Assembly (NCBI RefSeq): GCF_009914755.1 | Contig: NC_060927.1 | Origin: the human T2T-CHM13v2.0 reference genome, Homo sapiens | Direction: 5' to 3' (one strand) | Length of the DNA stretch: 64,000 nucleotides | Part shown: positions 59,785-64,000 of the stretch, in pieces | Layout of the letters: each line of letters starts with the position of its first letter | Numbering within the stretch: the first letter of the stretch is position 1 | Translations under genes and position numbers: made by a program | The notes under the pieces: generated by a model | Told to the model about the DNA's origin: nothing | The model's database searches: none | The model's input: the letters and a program-made list of their open reading frames with translations, nothing else

Positions 59785-62700
59785 CGCCAATAAGCCTTAC
59801 AAACAGTTTTGAAATCTTGTTCTGTACCTTTTAAGCCAGTGTCTGTGGCGAGGGTGACTGGCAAGTCAGCTGATGAGTTCTGCCTTCTGAGAGCACTGAG
59901 TGAGCAAGGCCTTTCATCAGTGTTTTGGCCTTCTCATTGGGTGAGGAAGACATTGAACCAACAGCCAACGAGATATGAACCTGTAAGAAAAAAGTCCTAG
60001 AATATAGTATTTTTCCCCAGGCCAGCAAAGTGAAGAAATACAGTGGTGACAGATGAGAAAGGCCATGTTCAAGAGATCTGAAAAGTACATTCCTGCCTTA
60101 TCAGAAAATGTGTCAGACAGGTTTTATGTCAGCCTCAGTGCTCCTGCGGTGTCGACGCTCTGATAAGGACCATGTTCCAGTTAGAATGCGAGGGAGGGAA
60201 AGAGCTGCACTTTGCTTCACCATCAGAACTCTGAGCCAAATAATGAATATGTAAACTATTTTATGATTATTTTAAATGTTTGTTTGGTAACATTTATAAG
60301 ATCTATTTTTATTTGGGGATAGACTGAGAAGCCACCATTTACATATTAACAAGTGACTTCAGTTCTAAGGGTTGAGATGCCTGTGTGGATTTATAAAATG
60401 GTTGCAAGATCTTTTAGACTCTGACATTTATAGCATCACCTTCAGGAACACAGTTCTGGGGATGTCATCATGAGACACACTGACAGCTGTGGAGATAGTC
60501 CCTACTCTCAGCTTTCCTTGCTAGTCAAGTCCAAAAGGCCTTAGAAGCTGACTCACCTTCTCAGCCAGAGTCCTGCTGCTCAAGTGTGGACCTCCACTTT
60601 GACTCTCACCCAGCCTGCCAGCCATCACAAAGGCTTTCATAAACTTCCTGTGGTCTGGGCTAGCCTGGCACTGATGAAATTCCATTCTAAAGAAAGAAAA
60701 CTCATATTCCTCCCCCCCACAAATTGTTCCCCCAAATGCTCTGGGATTACCTATTTCACCACTCATTTGAGTCTCCGAAAAATGAACTCCCTGAGAATGG
60801 CTGGATGGGAATCAGATAGTCTGCTTCCATTCAGGAGAGGGACAGAACAGGAGCTGCTGTGTTTAGGAGGATTTACCTGGTGCCCTAGAAAGGGCTATGC
60901 AATCAAATTCTCAAGGGCTCCTTCAAATCAGCTATCAGTCCTCAAAATGGGGGTTGCTGATGTTAAATGATGGATTTGCAGTGAAACGCATGCATGTACT
61001 GACGTTTTCTTTCAGCATTAGTGGTTGCTTAAGAAAATAGTAACCTATATTTTCTGCTACACTTGGAATATGAAGAAATCTGAACAAGAACCCCATTAAG
61101 ACACCTAACCTAATCTAAACCCTAAAATTCAAAATATTGTCCAAGTCAAAAGTCTAGACTCTGAGGACATTAAAAATGTAAATATCATCATCCTTAGCAA
61201 ATATTTATTGGGAGCTTAGTAATAGTGCACTGGGTACCTTAGCACTCCCAAATCATTCAAGAGTCTAGTGAAAAAGGGGGAGGGATGGCAGCAAATAAAA
61301 CACCCCCATAAACAACCAGGAGCAAGGTTGAGAACCATTAAGTTGCCAAACAAAAGCAGAAGGGGAAAAAGTGTGGCAACAAGCATCTTTTAATAGGATA
61401 GTTGACGGTATTCAAGTGACCTACTGACTCCAAATAATCAAATTGAACACAATTGCAAATCCAATAGAACATCCCAGTGAGACACTCGGGTATTTGAGAA
61501 CTTTGCTTGATTTAGAAAACTGGAAAGTGGCAACTAGGCTAGAATAGTGGCAACTAGGTTCGGAGGTTTCGTGTGGTCATAATTGGTTTGGTGAAGTGTG
61601 AGATCTCTGCAAATGAGCCAGGTAAGATCAGTATTCCATAGTGCTTGAAAAGGGGATTTTAGAGACTTCTGTCATCACAAAGCAGATTAACTCCTAGTTA
61701 ATGATGAAGCAGTAGGCCCAAGATAAACTGTTCAATTCAAGATAAATTGTTCTTGTCAGTGTTTGGCATATGATAATCACATTTGGCTAAAATTGGATGG
61801 GACAGTCATTTGTCTACACAGGCCTTCCATTCCTGCATGAAGAGATACTGGGGAGCATACAATTATTTTGTCCAGTATTAGAGTGGGAGAAGTTCTCAGT
61901 AAGTCCAGTCCCACCAGGATTTATTTGGGCCACATTCTACCACGGCCAGTCCAATCTGATGACCACATGAATTGGGGTTAAGTGTTGCTAAGACTATGAT
62001 TTTAGACATGTCTGGCAGGAAGGTCAGCTCAAAATGTGGCATGACAAAGAATATGTGCTCTACTACCAAAACCTTTCCTAGCAAAACAAGGCCAGAAGAG
62101 GGAGCAAGCATCTTTCCAAGCATGGAGAGGAGGGGGCAATGGTGGAAGGGTGATTGCCTGAAATCAGTGCCAGTACAGATAGCATAAAATTGGGGGCCAC
62201 CACAGATTGGCTGGCTACTGTGTAGATCATTTAGTAATCTTGAGGTACATTAATAATGCAGAGATTACTTTTCTGTGAGGGTAAGGGGGACGTAGCTAAA
62301 TATAAGAAGCTTACAAGGTCCATAGCCATGTATTTTACTGGATAAATCACAATGCTTTGCAATAACTTAATGTCATAGTACTTTCTGGCTTATAATTCTG
62401 CAAAGTAAAGCACTTTTTCAAAGGAGTCTATTGGAAAGCCACATGATTTCAGCTGTGTTTTAAGCTCTACAAATACGTTTCCAAAGACATAATCAAGATG
62501 TAATTCTATTCATTACAAATATAAATATTAAAACTATCCATAGAGACATTTAAGTAATTAAAACAGATTTTTATGCTTTAAAAATAAATACTCTAATAAA
62601 TGATATAAAATATAATGCTTATGATGGAACTATGAGCTAGAGGAGGACATGGGGTCACCAAAATCAATAATCAGAAAAGTAGATTATATGCACCAGGTTC

Positions 62701-63439
62701 ATTGTTTTAGTTTGTTCTGTTTGATGTCATTTTTTGTTACTTCAATGTTTGATCTCACAGAAAAAGTCCGTGATGATTTGCTTCAGTATATTTTTCTTGT
62801 TTTTGTTATTTTACGTACTAATAATTGCCAGATGTCTGCAACTTCACCCTTTTACTGTTGCAGACACATAGTCATGTCACTCAGGAAACCCCGCGTAAGT
62901 CCAGGCTATCATAATGAAAAATGAGAAGAATAAAAGCTCATTGCTTCTCAAAACTCCACAGCTTATGGAGGCACATGGGTCCACCTGCACAGATGTGAAC
63001 TCAACTTTTCTATTACTTGAATCAATCAAAGGGGACTCTTCTTTTATTTGAGTAATTATGTTAATGATGCTCTAGGGGGAAAGGCAAACATTTGTTGTCC
63101 TGGCATATATCCTGTTATATATATGACCACAAAGGTGGGGAGGGGGAGGTGAACAATCCTACAACCTAGGTTCACAACCTAGTGATATTTGCAGTGAAAC
63201 ATTTGTAGTGATATTTCCCCTTTCATTGCCAAGGGGAAGAAAACACTACCATTTTGGCAACAACTTTCTATTTAGAACCTTACACTACTCAGGCCTGCTC
63301 CTGCTATCCTTCACTACTGCCCTAAATGCCTTTTTCTCCTATATACTCCCCGATCCGCACACTCTTTGGTTTTTCTCCTGAACTTCCCCCAACCCCAGTC
63401 CAACACACAGTTCCCCTCACTTCCAGTCTTTCCCATGTT

Positions 63440-64000
63440 CTCTGGAGTCACTTTCTCCTTATAAACTCCCCTGCAGTCCCAGTCTCTTCACTGAATGTTG
63501 TTGCCACTTCCTGGACTTCAAGAAAACTCGTGTGAGAACACTTCCTTCCCTCCACAAAAGGCTGAACATGTGCCCATGCGCCCATATTATGCAGACTTGT
63601 ACGAACGGTCAGAGGATGTTCTCCCAGGTCCTCACTTCTACTTCTGCACCATTGTTTCTTCCCATCCCATACAAAAATCCCTCATTACCAAAATGTATGG
63701 ATCCAACTATTTTAACTTTTATCATTTGTGGCCATGGTTATAGTTAATGTCCCAGATTCCCCAGTCTTGGGTACCAATCTCCCTGTTTCCTTCTACCTCA
63801 TGTCCCACCATCATCCTGGATGACTTCAGTGTTCTAGAGGAAAGCCCACCCAATACCCTTGCCATAATTGCTTATAGAGGAAAGCCCACCCAATACCCTT
63901 GCCATAATTGCTTACAGCTTTTTCCCTCTACTCAGTTTTGAACATTTGCTTCTAGGGTTACACATCAGGCTATTTCACAATAGAGAATTTTGTGATCCTA
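63440..64000 (+). mobile_element. L2 ORF2 endonuclease-region fragment
   Basis: ORF 63747..63941 contains PTIILDDFSVLEESPPNTLA, resembling the APE-type IILGDFN motif of L2. Confidence 0.55.
63835..63914. repeat. Perfect 40-bp tandem duplication
   Basis: TAGAGGAAAGCCCACCCAATACCCTTGCCATAATTGCTTA occurs twice in tandem. Confidence 0.95.

Larger units (their letters stand above)
57976..62425 (+). other. ARHGAP31: ARHGAP31 3' UTR (long; end uncertain, several candidate poly(A) sites)
   Basis: Repeat-poor sequence after the stop codon with AATAAA 59404, ATTAAA 61169, AATAAA 61294 and AGTAAA 62404; further AATAAA at 62583 and 62595. Confidence 0.6.

Noticed and set aside
61101-61126. Telomere-like cctaacctaatctaaaccctaa
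   Set aside because: Too short and degenerate to call an interstitial telomeric repeat.

Overview
Human (primate) genomic DNA covering the 3' end of intron 1, coding exons 2-12 and the 3' UTR of ARHGAP31 (CdGAP, a Cdc42/Rac1 GAP and Adams-Oliver syndrome gene) on the + strand. I mapped 11 exons by GT-AG boundaries and reading phase. Their 4235 coding nt plus the 100 nt expected from exon 1 (outside the window) give 4335 nt = 1444 aa + stop. Introns contain Alu/FLAM, L1, L2, MIR, MaLR LTRs, a full-length solo LTR13 and DNA transposon fossils (MER5, MER20, MER2). No new gene system is evident. The most unusual structure is an Alu in intron 3 split by a 277-bp, ~96%-identical inverted copy of a neighbouring L2 segment, forming a non-Alu hairpin. 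Other templated or duplicated scars are also present: a second local L2 copy, a 21-bp-stem quasi-palindrome, an orphan TSD-flanked poly(A), a GATA-creating 15-mer array and a perfect 40-bp duplication. Several splicing and polyadenylation hypotheses are listed. Repeat subfamily names are by-eye recognition and repeat boundaries are approximate.
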